Shown: positions 1 through 12,279, counted from the first letter of the stretch. The stretch is DNA of 64,000 nt from Octopus sinensis (GCF_006345805.1 NC_043017.1:24862001-24926000); one strand, 5' to 3'. Notes: generated from the letters alone by a model not told the origin. Made by a program: numbers and translations.

Positions 1-829
1 CTGGTGTGTTTATGTCTCCGTTACTTAGCGGTTCGGCAAAAGAGACCGATAGAATAAGTACTGGGCTTACAAAAGAATAAGTCCCGGGGTCGAGTTGCTC
101 GATTGTAGGCGGTGCTCCAGCATGGCCGCAGTCAAATGACTGAAACAAGTAAAAGAGTAAAGAGTATTAAATTCCGATATAATCATAATTTACACTATCT
201 GAAGTGAATTAGTTGAAAATTTCAGATGCACTGGAACAGCCATTCTGACTCACAGGGCTCACACATGCAGCCATTTCCACCCTGATAGTGGCGAGCAGGG
301 ATATAGTATGGGGTCCAAGAACATGCCATACATAATTAAACGGAAGCTTCTCAAACAACCACAGACATACTTCAATGGGAGCAAATGACGTAAGCCATGT
401 TTGGGAGAGAGAGCATGAATCCTACAGTATTTCTTGATTAAATTCGTCCCTTTCTTAAATGAATTTGTCTTTTTCTCAAATGAATTCGTCGCTTTGATAT
501 CAAAGCCAATTTAGATCTTAAATATTTAAAAAATTAGACATCTATAAGTTTAAACCAACATACAAAATAATATCTTAACATGACAATAGTGAAAATAAAC
601 AAAAAACTAAACTTAAAATGATTTATATTTATTTTAAAACTCTTGTAATCATAGATATTTCACAAATCCATATTCAATGCTTTTGGGATGAAAAATGTTT
701 AATGCTGATCATATCTTGCACCATTTACAGCAGCTGTTGAATCCATTGCAAGATACATTGCTGTTTTTAAAATATTCATTCTAGAATTGTCATGGGCAAA
801 TTTTCTGGTCTGTTGTAGAGATCATTTTT

Positions 830-1310
830 ATAATAATAATAATATAATAATAATAATAATAATAATTGTGTACAGTGCTCAGGTGCACTACAACTCATCT
901 AAAGTGTATATATAATCAGGTGTAGTTTCGACGGATTTCGGAAAGCATGAGGGCCTTAAAGGATGCAGTGTCATGGCAGTCAACAACTGATGCAGGCAGT
1001 TTATTCCACGCTTCAGCAACCCTGAGCGTGAAAAAATGTTTCCGAAAGTCATGGGAGCTGTGCTGTTTTCTGACTTTGTAGGCATGTCCACGTGTGTTAG
1101 ACACATGGAGATCAAAAAGGTGTTCAGTGTTATTGTTGGTGAGGTGGTTGATAACCTTGTGGGTGTTTACCAAGTCTGTCGCTAGACGCCGGAGCTTCAG
1201 TGAATCCATGCCCAGGGAAACAAGGCACTCAGAATATGATTCTATTGATTATGCTTCACAAAAGATTTCAATTTGTTGAACATTTCCTCAATGGGATTAA
1301 ACATTAACAT
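830..1310 (-). mobile_element. CR1/L2-like LINE 3' end
   Basis: RGHAYKVRKQHSSHDFRKHFFTLRVAEAWNKLPASVV is the conserved CR1-group C-terminal motif. An (ATT)n tail lies at about 830-867. Confidence 0.82.
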
Positions 1311-2904
1311 AAGCCAAGGAGTGACTGTGTGGTAAGTAGCTTGCTTACGAACCACATGGTTCCGGGTTCAGTCCCACTGCGTGGCACCTTGGGCCGACCA
1401 AAGCCTTGTGAGTGGATTTGGTAGATGGAAACTGAAAGAAGCCCGTCGTATATGTATGTGTGTGCTTGTCCCCCCCAACATCGCTTGACAATTGATGCTG
1501 GTGTGTTTACGTCCCCGTAACTTAGCCTTTAGTCGAGCAAATCGACCCCTGGACTTATTCTTTGTAAGCCTAGTACTTATTCTATTGGTCTCTTTTGCCA
1601 AACCGCTAAATTATGGGGACGTAAACACACCAGCATTGGTTGTCAAGAGATGTTGAAGGGACGAACACAGACACAGAAACACACATATATATATATATAT
1701 GTACATATATACAACAGGCTCCTTTCAGTTTCCGTCTACCAAATCCACTCACAAGGCTTTGGTCGGCCTGAGGCTATAGTAGAAGACACTTGCCCAAGGT
1801 GTGTGATGCAGTGGGCCTGAACCTGGAACCATGTGGTTGGTAATCAAGCTACTTACCACACAGCCACTCCTGCGCTCAATCTATTCACATTATCTTGTAG
1901 CTTTGAGATATCGATGATATGGTTGTCTAAAATGACATTGCAAGGCAAGTGTGAGGGGCCAGATCTGGCAGTTTGAACATAAAACAGGCAGAATACCTTT
2001 GGCCGGATATGGCCAGTTTAAGCACTGACGGGTCAAGGTATATTGAAACCTGTAAGGAAACCATTCATTGTATTTTGTTATGGAGCAAACTTCTTGCAGT
2101 CAACAGATAAAGGGTAAACACATCAAGTTTGTTGGCAGTCTTGCTGAACCGGACTGTTAGATGTATGCACTTCAAAGAGGTTAGCTCCTCTTCAGCAACA
2201 CAGATCAGAAAGGCAGGCGTTGCAAATTGACATGAGAGACCATGACAAAATAGAGTGGATGGCTTTCTTATGGGTTCAACTATTCCTCAAGCATATTTCA
2301 ACTGGTAACATATTTGCATTTATTCACTTCACTGCTATGCACTGTCATCCTTTATTGCAGGTAAAGTGAGCAGCTGGACAGCGCAACCAGTCATTGAACA
2401 ATGATGGGAATATCATAAGAGGGACAGTGTCTCATGTCAGTCTATCCATTCTCTGTTACAGAAGAGGAGATAACCATTCTGAAATGCATGCATCCAACAG
2501 CCTGGTTAGGGAAGGCTCTGCAAACTGACTCAGTGTGTTTACTCCAACCTCTCTACAGTGAGAGATCTTTTCTATTACAAAATACAGTGAATGGCTCTCT
2601 TACAGGTTAGAATATGCCTCAAACATATTTGAACTGGTAATAAATTTGTATTTGAGATGCTTTGCCACACACAGAAACTACAGGAGCTACATAGAGGTTT
2701 TTGGAAGCTCTTCTGAATACATTACATTGCCGGAAACTCTTCTCAATCATGAATAGGTTTCTCATGGTCATGATTGTTTCACCCTTTAGCCTGTATGCTT
2801 TGCCTGCGTTGGGTAGCAAGGACTGAACTAACCTTCTCCTTCTCATATGTGTCTATACTTTTATGTATTTGAGTAGCATATACTTGGTCATGACATGTAA
2901 CCAG

Positions 2905-3160
2905 TCATCATCATCATCGTTTAACGTCCGTTTTCCATGCTAGCATGGGTTGGACGGTTCAACTGGGGTCTGGGGAGCCAGGAGGCTGCACCAGTCTGAT
3001 CTGGGAGTGTTTCTACAGCTGGATACCCTTCCTAACGCCAACCACTCCATGAATGTAGTGGGTGCTTTTTACATGCCACTGACACAGGGGCCAGAGGAGG
3101 CTGGCAAACAGCCACGATCGGTTGGTGTATTTTACGTGTCACTGACACGGACGCCAGGTT
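2905..3160 (-). mobile_element. RTE 3' UTR copy
   Basis: (CAT)n-cgtttaacgtccgttttccatgctagcatgggttggacgg...ctggatacccttcctaacgccaacc. Confidence 0.8.
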
Positions 3161-3419
3161 AGCACAGCAGGCCAATTATTGCACAGGTAATTACACACAA
3201 CTCAACACTGACCTGAAGTATATGGCACTGATGCTGGCCTGAAGTATATAGCCACTTTAACGATGTATGTAAATATATAGCCTTGGTCAGTTTGCTGGTG
3301 AAAAATAAACAAATTGGAAACAAGCATTTCCTGATAGGGAAACCATTGGTAACTCTATGACCATATCAACTGCATCAGCAACGGAGTTACCAACAGCATT
3401 GTCAGGCCTGGAGCCTATC

Positions 3420-3838
3420 AGAGATATACCAGGAGTGCGAATTTAGCCACATCCCAAGTTTGTAAATATATGGGATTGGCCAGTACATCTTTCAAATATC
3501 GCTTCCGCAACCACCAGTCATCCTTCAGAGTCCCAGAAAGGGAGTTTGTCATGTCCCTGGTCCGCCATGTATGGCACCTCAATGATCAAGGAACCCTATG
3601 TGATATCAGGTGGAAAATAAAAGATCATCCAGGCCCATATATTAATGGGAGTGGCCGTTGCAAAATCTGCATTGCGGAAAGAGCCAAAATTCTTAAGGAC
3701 TACATTAAACCTGGTACGTTAAATAGTTGTAAAGAAGTTTTCTTAAAGTGTGACCATTTCAAGCACTACCTTCTGGAAAATTGGAGATTTTTGTCTTGCA
3801 AGTTACTTGGTGACCCCACCAGTGTTGGTGCCACGTAA
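3420..3838 (+). mobile_element. Penelope-like element GIY-YIG endonuclease remnant
   Basis: KYMGLASTSFKYRFRNHQSSF...SLVRHVWHL...IRWKI...PYINGSGRCKICIAERAKIL...NSCKEVFLKCDH follows the PLE pattern YIG...FK.R..NH..SF...LS.H+W.L...I.W.I...Y...S.RC.LC..EK. The upstream part is frameshifted. Confidence 0.8.
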
Positions 3839-5419
3839 AAAAACATCCACGCCACACTGTAAAGTGGTTGGCGTTTGGAAGGGCATCCAGTTGTAAAGTA
3901 AAAAGCACTGTTCATTCTGCTGGGTGGCTGATACTAGAAATGACATTCAGCTGTGAAAATCAAACTAACCAATGCCAGCATGGATTCACCATCCATGCCG
4001 GCATGGATGGTGAATGTTAAACGATGATGATGATAAGGATTACGACACACAGGAACAACACCAACCTTCTTGATACTGATGGCTCAGAGCTTATACTCCA
4101 AACTAACTTATGCTAATGTACAGGTACCTGTATTTCATTTAAGTATTTAACCCTTTAGCACTCAGATTATTCTGTCAAATTTAACCTCATTGTTTCGAAT
4201 TGATCATGCATCAGACGCTAGCTTCAAGAGTTGTGTATTTTAGCATGAAACTGTAGGGCCTATCAGCTTTGAATGTAAAACAGAAAGAATATTTGGGCCA
4301 GATATGATTGGTTCAAATGCTAAAGGGATAATATAGGTAGTTTTGACCAAGCTGACCATCCTGATTCAGGAAAAATTGGGACTTCAGAAAGGTTATGGAA
4401 CCAAAGATTCTGGAAAATCGATGTTGTTCCTGTATATACATGTGGGTACATAGGTGCAAAACATAATGGAGAAAAAACTATTTGAATACCAAAGGTAGAG
4501 TGCAACACTGTTTTATTGAAGCAGAAAAATTTCACAAGCTGTTATTTGGGGTAATCAGGACAAAATCCCACTAGACAAATTTTAAACAAAAATATAAACT
4601 AATAAATATTAAAAAATTTTTTTATAAAATTTCACTTTCCTAAAATATTTTTATTGTAAAGAAAGAATAATCTTTGTTACTCTAGACACAAGGCCCGAAA
4701 TTTTCGGGGAGGGGGCCAGTCGATTAAATCAACCCCAGTATGCAACTAGTACTTAATTTATCAACCCCTGAAAGAATGAAAGGCAAAGTCAACCTCAGTG
4801 GAATTTGAACTCAGAACTTAAAGACAGATGAAATACTGCTAATATCCTAGGGGAAATTGACTGCTGGGGGGATTTTGTCCTAGTACCGTTATTCAGAGTT
4901 ACATATAACAGTCATGAGTATCCACAATAAAGCAATAATTTTTAAGAATTCTTGATTACCAACTCATTGAAGGAATATTTAACATTGATTGGGTAACTGC
5001 TTTCTAAAATAACAGTACGCTTTGGGATTATAAAGTGACTGAGCATAACAGAAAAATTATATAAACTTAAAAAGAAATAAATATTATAATAAACAATATA
5101 GGTACAGTTTTAGAAGTATGTCGTGGTCAAATGCACAGAAATAGTTCAGCAGATCAAAATCAAGCAGCAGTTTATTCTTTTTACTAGTTTTGTATATCTT
5201 TCTTCCTACCAGCAACCATCTTTCTTTCTCTCCCTCACAAACACACCACCAACAGTTCATTTCAGAATCTATTGTTAACGTGATAAACAAATGAGAGTAT
5301 GAATTGTATTCAAATCAACACAATAAAACACTTTTCTGATAGACATAGTTCAAATCCCAAGGAAATCAAATCAATGAGCCAGCCTTTTATACTGTCAGTG
5401 AGATTGACAGAACAAAATG

Positions 5420-5815
5420 TAAGCGCAGGAGTGGCTGTGTGGTAAGTAGCTTGCTAACCAACCACATGGTTCCGGGTTCAGTCCCACTGCATGGCATCTT
5501 GGGCAAGTATCTTCTGCTCTAGCCTTGTGACCAATGCCTTGTGAGTGGATTTGGTAGACGGAAACTGAAAGAAGCCTGTCGTATATATGTATGTGTGTGT
5601 CTGTTTGTCCCCCTAGCATTGCTTGACAACCGATGCTGGTGTGTTTACGTCCCCGTCACTTAGTGGTTCGGCAAAAGAGACCGATAGAATACGTACTGGG
5701 CTTACAAAAGAAAAAGTCCCGGGGTCAATTTGCTCGACTAAAGGCGGTGCTCCAGCATGGCTGCAGTCAAATGACTGAAACAAGTAAAAGAGAAAAGAGA
5801 AAGAGAAAGAGATCC
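5420..5815 (+). mobile_element. OR1-type (CORE-like) tRNA-derived SINE, full length; partial copy at 1-166 and an inverted pair at 1316-1876
   Basis: A box (tggctgtgtggt) and B box (ggttcagtccc), CORE-like cttgggcaagt, an internal (TA/TG)n and a tail gtaaaagag repeats. The family name comes from recalled octopus SINE literature. Confidence 0.8.
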
Positions 5816-6324
5816 TGCTGAACAGATGACATAAGAGTAGTCGAGGTGCCTGTTTGACTGTAGCAGCTAGTGAAAGGGCATTCTTTCATTCAGAAGTGGT
5901 TTAGGTATCTGTCCCATATTGAATATAATAGGGCTGTGGGAAAAGGAACAAGGTATTGTTAGAACACCATTACAACGTTGTTATAGCTTGTTCTTGTTTC
6001 CACAGATTTCATTGTGATATAAGCTTCTCTCTCACATTTTAATATATTTCTGTTTTGTTTAGTTACTCTCTACAGAAACTGATTTGCTCCAAATATATTG
6101 CTGACACATGGCTTCTCTTCTCTGTCAATATGTCCAAGTCAGGTTAAGCAACTGATTTCAAGAGAAGGATTTTCCAAAAATATCTCATTGATATGGTTAC
6201 ACTTTTGTATGGAGATGTTTGTCTGGTAGTTGAAAATTTCTAGACAAAAGTTCACCTCAAAAACCACAGGTGTACAGCTCCTCTGCTCTGTGAAAGTATT
6301 GGTGATTAGACAAGGTATTTATTT

Positions 6325-6685
6325 GGCGCGAGCATGATCGTTGCCAGAGCAGCCAACTGGCTTCCATACCCGTGGCACGTCAAAGGGTACCATTCGAGCG
6401 TGATCGTTACCAACGTCGCTTCACTGGCACCTGTGCCAGTGGCACGTGTAAAAAGATTCGAGCGAGGTCATTGCCAGTACTGCCTGACTGACCCCTGTGC
6501 CAGTGGCACGTAAAAAGCACCCACTACACTCTCGGAGTGGTTGGTGTTAGGAAGGGCATCCAGCTGTAGAAACTCTGCCAGATCAAGATTGGAGACTGGT
6601 GCAGCCATCTGGTTTGCCAGCCCTCAGTCAAAATCGTCCAACACATGCTAGCATGGAAAGCGGACGTTAAACAATGATGATGATC
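6325..6685 (+). mobile_element. RTE 3' UTR copy (subfamily variant)
   Basis: ggcacgtaaaaagcacccactacactc...gaagggcatccagctgtagaaac...(gat)n. Confidence 0.8.
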
Positions 6686-6749
6686 AAGTCCCACATATGT
6701 CACAGTGATCTGGCTTCTTTCTTGTATGAGTGTGTTTATTTAGAGTTAA

Positions 6750-6979
6750 CCCTTTTGTTACTGTATTTATTTTGAGATGCTCTGTGTTTCTTCCAATTAT
6801 TGTAAATATAACAAAGAATTTAGTAAAATAATATCGTTATCATTGAGCTAGTGTTAAGAACATAAATTGTGACAAAGATTTGGTGGAAGATTTGAATTCA
6901 AAGCTTATGAAAACAAGACATTTGTACTAAAAAGCCAGAGCCGGTTTAAGCCGGTAACAAGTGGTTGGTAACAAAAGGG
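6750..6979. mobile_element. piggyBac-type MITE (second copy 43566-43787)
   Basis: TTAA-CCCTTTTGTTAC...GTAACAAAAGGG-TTAA. Confidence 0.8.
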
Positions 6980-7256
6980 TTAAGCTAATACTGTGAGAGA
7001 ATAACTTCCCACAGATAAGTGATATCGCATGTCACTAGTCTCATCACCATTTCATGTCCACTTAAATATTGTCGACAAGATGATGTAACAACGATATTGA
7101 AGAGAAACGGTCTCTCTGCTCCACAAACATATCCGAGATTGTTAAAAGCACTTAAATGAGAGAATGAGCTCCCACAGATTTCACACTGATATGGCTTCTC
7201 ACCTGTATAAATATGTTTATGCTTAATTTAGATACCAACTCTAGAAAACAATTTGC

Positions 7257-7675
7257 GAATCTTTTCGATTTGAACGGCAGTTTTTTCTATCGGTGTCATA
7301 TGAAATTGTCATCTATAATTATGACCCTAGAATCGATCTATTGCATTTCAATCTCTTTTAGGGTTAGGGTTAGGAGTGGGGGGAAGGGTATCTTTTTTTC
7401 TTCACAAATGTAAATAAACCCAATCTGTTTCTTAAACGAGGGACATATTCATACGGCACAGAATGTTTTTTACCTCAATAGACGTATTTGATTGGTTGAA
7501 ATTGCAGAAATTGAAGAAAGAAAAAACAACAAATATCTTACAAACTATAGAATTTTCTCAATAAAGCCAAGAGAAAAAGATGTTTTATAAACACATTCTA
7601 CCAGTATACAAAGTTTAAAATTTTTTAGTTACCTAGAAATTATGTTAAAAACTGCAGTTCAAACCGAAAAGATCC
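7257..7675. mobile_element. TIR element with GGATC-type ends, 8-bp TSD and internal TTAGGG repeats (Merlin- or hAT-like MITE)
   Basis: CAATTTGC is duplicated at 7249-7256 and 7676-7683. TIRs read gaatcttttcgatttgaacggcag and ctgcagttcaaaccgaaaagatcc, with tagggttagggttagg inside. Confidence 0.7.
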
Positions 7676-7801
7676 CAATTTGCCACAGATATCACAGTGA
7701 AATAGTGTCTCTCCTGTATCAAATCGTTTACGAGTATTTAAATGACCTCCTTCAGAATAAGATTCGTCACAGATATCACTGTGAAATGGTTTTCCTTCTA
7801 T

Positions 7802-8224
7802 ATCAACATCAATAGAAAATGTAGCTGTGATACCAGTGCCAATGGCATGTAAGAGAACCATCCGAACATGGCCGTTGCCAGCGCCGCCCCGACTGGCCTC
7901 TGTGCTGGTGGCATGTAAAATGCACAGTCCAAACGTGGCCGTTGCCAGCCTCATCTGGCCCCCGTGCCGGTGGTACGTAAAAAGCACCATCCAACCGTGG
8001 CTGTTTGCCAGCCTCGTCTGGCACCTGTGCAGGTGGCACGTAAAAAGCACCCACTACACTCACGGAGTGGTTGGCGTTAGGAAGGGCATCCAGCCGTAGA
8101 AACTCTGCCAGATCAGACTGGGCCTGGCGCAGCCCTCTGGCTTCCCAGACCCCAGTTGAACCGTCCAACCCATGCTAGCATGGAAAACGGATGTTAAACG
8201 ATGATGATGATGATGATGATGATC
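7802..8224 (+). mobile_element. RTE 3' UTR copy with three to four internal units of about 60 bp and a (GAT)n tail
   Basis: Ends ...ccaacccatgctagcatggaaaacggatgttaaac(gat)n. It interrupts the fossil zinc fingers. Confidence 0.85.
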
Positions 8225-8664
8225 AACATATTCATGTTTAATTAATTCACTACTTCAAGAGCAAGATTTACCACGGATATTGCAATGATATGGTTTTTCT
8301 CTTGTATGAATCTGTTATTGCTTCTTGAAGTGAACATGATGAATGATTTGCCACAGCTATAGACCAATAAGGCTTTTCTCCTGTGTGAATACGTGTGCCC
8401 TTAGCTTACTTGGAACTGAAAAATTGATTTACCACATATCACAGTCGTATGGTTTCCCTCCTGTATGAATATGTTCACGAGTATTTAAGGTACCCCTTGT
8501 AGAAAATGGTTTACTACAGATGCCACACTCGTGTGCTTTCTGTCCTGAATGAATACATTTGTGAGAATCTGAATTATCCCTTGTAGGAAACGACATACCA
8601 CAGATATCCCAATAGAATTGTTTATGTCCTGTAAGAAAGTATTCATGAGTATTTAAGGTACATT

Positions 8665-9115
8665 ATCATTGTTTAACGTCCGTTCTCCATGCTAGCATGG
8701 GTTGGATGGTTCAACTGGGGTCTGGGAAGCCAGAAGGCAGCGCCAGGCCCAGTCTGATCTGGCAGTGTTTCTACAGCTGGATGCCCTTCTTAACGCCAAC
8801 CACTCCGTGAGTGTAGTGGGTGCTTTTTACGTGCCACCGGCACAGGTGCCAGACAAGGCTGGCAAATTGGCCATGATCGGATGGTGCTTTTTATGTGCAA
8901 CCGGCACGGAGGCCAGGCGAGGCTGGCAACAGCCACGAACGGATGGTGCATTTTACGTGCCACCGGCATGGAGGCCAGCCGGGGTGGCGCTGGCAATGGC
9001 CACGTTCGGATGGTTCTCTTACGTGCCATCGGCACTGGTATCACAGCTACAATTTCCATTGATGTTGATCGATTTCGATTTCGATTTTCACTTGCCTCAA
9101 CAGGTCTTCACAAGT
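8665..9115 (-). mobile_element. RTE 3' UTR copy, inverted relative to 7802-8224
   Basis: Reverse complement of the same family. Removing it restores finger 17 (KSE-TLNTH). Confidence 0.85.
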
Positions 9116-9153
9116 AGAGTTTCACTTTTAAAAAATACTTTACCACAGATATC

Positions 9154-10605
9154 TCAGTGAAAAGATGTCTTTCTTGTACAAATATGCTGGTGTGTAGTTA
9201 GGTAACTCTTTTTAGAGAATGGTTTACCACAGTTATCACAGTGATATGGTTTCTCTCCTGTATGAATACGTTTGTGAGCATTAAAGTTTCCACTTTGAGC
9301 AAATGATTTACCACAGATATCACACTTGTAAGGTTTCTCCCCTGTATGAGTACGCTTGTGTATATTTACTTTACTACTGTGAGAATAAGATTTACCACAG
9401 ATATCACAGTGATATGGTTTCTCTTCTGCATGTGTATGTTTGTGAGAATTCAAGTTACCACTCGTAAGAAAGGATTTACCACAGATATCACAGTGGTATG
9501 GTTTATCACGCGTATGTATACATTTGTGAGAATTAAAGCTAGTAATTTGGGAGAATGATTTATCACAAATATCACAGTGATATGGTTTCTCTCCTGTATG
9601 AGTACGTTTGTGGGTATTTAAGTTACCACTTTCAGAGAATGATTTACCACAGATATCACATTGATGTGGTTTCTCGCCTGTATGTGTACGTTTGTGGGTG
9701 TTTACACTACCACTTTCAGAGAATGATTTACCGCAGATATCACAATGGAATGGTTTCTCTCCTGTATGGGTACGTACGTGGGCATTCAAATTACCACTTT
9801 CAGTGAATGATTTACCACAGATACTACATTCATAAGCTCTATCACCTGTATGAATACGTTTGTGAGCATTTAGGTTACCAATTCGAGAGAATGATTTACC
9901 ACAGATATCACAATAATATGGTCTCTCTCCTGAATGAATACGTCTGTGAGAATTGAAGTTACCACTTCTGGAGAATGATTTACCACAGATATCACAGTGG
10001 TATGGTTTTTCTCCTGTATGAATACGTTTGTGCTTATTTAAAGTACAACTCATAGAGAATGATTTACCACAGATATCACACCGATATGGTTTCTCCCCTG
10101 AATGAATACGCTTGTGATTATTTAAGTTACTACTTTTACAAAACGATTTACCACAGATGTTACAGTGATATGGTTTCTCTCCTGTATGAATACGCTTGTG
10201 AGCATTAAAGTTACCATTTTGAGAGAATGATTTACCACAGATATCACAGTGATATGGCTTCTCTCCTGTGTGAATACGTTTGTGAGTATGTAAGTCACCA
10301 CTGTTAGAAAACGATTTCCCACAGATATCACAACGATATGGTTTTTCTCCTGTATGTATATTTTTGTGTATCTTTAAATAATCTCTTCTCGGAAACGATT
10401 TACCACAGACATCGCAGTGATATGGTTTTTTTCCTGTATGAATACGTTTGTGATGAGTTAGGTGATGCTCTTGAGAGAATGACTTTTTACAGACATCACA
10501 GGAATATGACATTTCTTCTGCCTCATTCTGCATCTCATCTGGAAAACCAGCACTGTCAGATTCTGTTTTGATTTCAATTGGTTTCTCACAGAATTCATTT
10601 TCCAT
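9154..10605 (-). CDS. C2H2 (Kruppel-type) zinc-finger protein, 483 aa, 15 canonical fingers plus a 16th ending C2HC
   Basis: Uninterrupted ORF: a short acidic N-terminus, then tandem 28-aa repeats CxxC-x12-HxxxH with TGEKP linkers ([11 protein letters not shown]...[10 protein letters not shown]). No KRAB or BTB domain is visible. Typical of the octopus C2H2 expansion. Confidence 0.93.
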   Translation of the reverse strand: MENEFCEKPIEIKTESDSAGFPDEMQNEAEEMSYSCDVCKKSFSQEHHLTHHKRIHTGKKPYHCDVCGKSFPRRDYLKIHKNIHTGEKPYRCDICGKSFSNSGDLHTHKRIHTGEKPYHCDICGKSFSQNGNFNAHKRIHTGEKPYHCNICGKSFCKSSNLNNHKRIHSGEKPYRCDICGKSFSMSCTLNKHKRIHTGEKPYHCDICGKSFSRSGNFNSHRRIHSGERPYYCDICGKSFSRIGNLNAHKRIHTGDRAYECSICGKSFTESGNLNAHVRTHTGEKPFHCDICGKSFSESGSVNTHKRTHTGEKPHQCDICGKSFSESGNLNTHKRTHTGEKPYHCDICDKSFSQITSFNSHKCIHTRDKPYHCDICGKSFLTSGNLNSHKHTHAEEKPYHCDICGKSYSHSSKVNIHKRTHTGEKPYKCDICGKSFAQSGNFNAHKRIHTGEKPYHCDNCGKPFSKKSYLTTHQHICTRKTSFH

Positions 10606-10915
10606 TGTTATTCTTCTCTGTCAACTTCTCTTGTTCTTGTAGTGTTTGAAGTATTTCTACATTTCCATAAAACGTGATCTTAGTTGATGTTTAAAGATAC
10701 TGCAACCTCTTTTGTAAATATGTCCAAGTTTAAAAGGAATGCAACCAACTCTTGAGGATATTCCAGGCAGTGAAGTAAAGATATTTTGCTAATGGTCTCA
10801 AGTCACGACAATTATGTCACACCAATTCTATCACAAATTATATCCATTTTGTGTAACAATTTCCTAAACTTTGTAAAACATGATATATCTTTACGCCAAT
10901 TGTCATCCGATATTT

Positions 10916-10935
10916 CTGAAATAAGAGAAACAGTA
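10916..10935 (-). promoter_or_regulatory. Candidate splice acceptor for the ZNF coding exon
   Basis: The minus strand reads ...tttctcttatttcAG|aaatatc, a pyrimidine tract plus AG about 310 nt upstream of the ATG. Confidence 0.5.
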
Positions 10936-11139
10936 TAAGATATAGGAGACACTCATGAGTGGATTTCAACAATGGAAAATTTACACTAATTCTGTATTGA
11001 TAAACTTTAAATATAAACATTTGCATCAACATTTAAACTTTAAATTTGTATTTAACATTACATCAAACAATCTCATGTGAGCTCTATACTTCACAGATAA
11101 CAGTAACACGATCAAATTATTTGTTAAACTATAGAATAT

Positions 11140-11362
11140 ATTTCTTTACTGCCCACAAGGGGCTAAACACAGAGGGGACAAACAAGGACAGACAAACGGA
11201 TTAAGTCGATTATATCGACCACAGTGCGTAACTGGTACTTATTTAATCGACCCCGAAAGGATGAAAGGCAAAGTCGACCTCGGCGGAATTTGAACTCAGA
11301 ACATAACGACAGACGAAATACCGCTAAGCATTTCACCCGGCGTGCTAACGGTTCTGCCAATA
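11140..11362 (-). mobile_element. OR2-type tRNA-derived SINE (other copies about 13785-14012 -, 52935-53170 +, 54950-55190 +, 60840-61225 -)
   Basis: Head gctggcagaa-cgttagcac...ctgagttcaaattcc, central gtcgactttgcctttcatcctttcggggtcgat (Meta/MESC-like domain, from memory) and tail aaagaaatag. Confidence 0.78.
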
Positions 11363-12279
11363 GTGGACATAGGGGCTTTCTGCCCAGGAAGGTATTCCAT
11401 CGTCCGTCGGTTGATTACTGTTTAACCCCAGGTCAATTCAGACAGAGCAGAACGTCGTTGCAGACATACAAGATCAATTATTTTCTCCTAAATATTACAC
11501 GTTATTCCATCTTCGTTTCTTTTCTTTAACGTTGTTTATAATTAAACACAGGTAAGTTACTGTATTGTATTTTTACTATTCTCGTAATACACGTGCTTTT
11601 GAAATGAAAATATTTTTCTCTCCGTAAGTAAATAATATTTCGTTTCCACTTCGAAACAAAATTAGGAACAGAACGTTGTTAAGAGTTAACAAAACATCTG
11701 TTGTAAAAGCATGAGGATCAAGGATCAAGGAAAAGGGGGAAAACCCCCCCCATTCCTGTAACGTAGAAGCAATCGATTAAATACCTATTTCTTTATTACC
11801 CACAAGGGGCTAAACGCAGAGGGGACAAACGAGGACAGACATAGGTATTAAGTCGATTATTACCAGTGCGTAACTGGTACTTATTTAATCGACCCCGACA
11901 GGATGAAAGGCAATCGATTAAATACCGATCTTAGAAAATAAAAAAAAAAGCATTAATTGTATGAGAATCTTTAAAATTATGGAGTTCCTTTGTTTGTAAT
12001 CACTTCAGTATCACTACTGTAGTAATCAATGTTTCGATTTCATTTCACTGTCAAGTAAATACACCAGGTTTCTTTACATTCCTCATATTTTCGAAATTAC
12101 ACCTTAATTCCTCGTATTTACCGAAAGTTATATTAATGAGATTTGAAAAGAAAGAAAACGATCGAATGAAGGAAATAAAGAAACCACTAAGAAATATACC
12201 TCGTGTGAATTACAGCTGTTCTTAAGGAGTCAGTGATGGTGGTCATATATATTAATACGAGTATTTTTCCGTCAGTAAA

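Larger units (their letters stand above)
5960..9153 (-). pseudogene. Degenerate (fossil) C2H2 finger array continuing the ZNF gene past its stop codon, split by TE insertions
   Basis: Minus-strand translation gives H*DICGKVFFKSETL just after the stop, TLNTHEYFLTGHKQFYWDICGMSFPTRDNSDSHKCIHSGQKAHECGICSKPFSTRGTLNTREHIHTGGKPYDCD at about 8660-8430, [40 protein letters not shown] at about 7800-7680, KHKHIYTGEKPYQCEICGSSFSH at about 7220-7150 and LNKHTHTRKKPDHCDICGT at about 6745-6690. Frameshifts and stops are present. Confidence 0.85.

Noticed and set aside
2050-2870. Possible very old zinc-finger remnants (for example VCGKAS, HILTCKRAIHC on the minus strand)
   Set aside because: Too degenerate to distinguish from chance; a profile search (zf-C2H2 HMM with frameshifts) would be needed.
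8702-9160. Recurrent MDGSTGVWEARR... ORFs (also 2950, 7809, 21545, 57148)
   Set aside because: They are antisense readings of the RTE 3' UTR repeat with non-ATG starts, and length varies with VNTR copy number.
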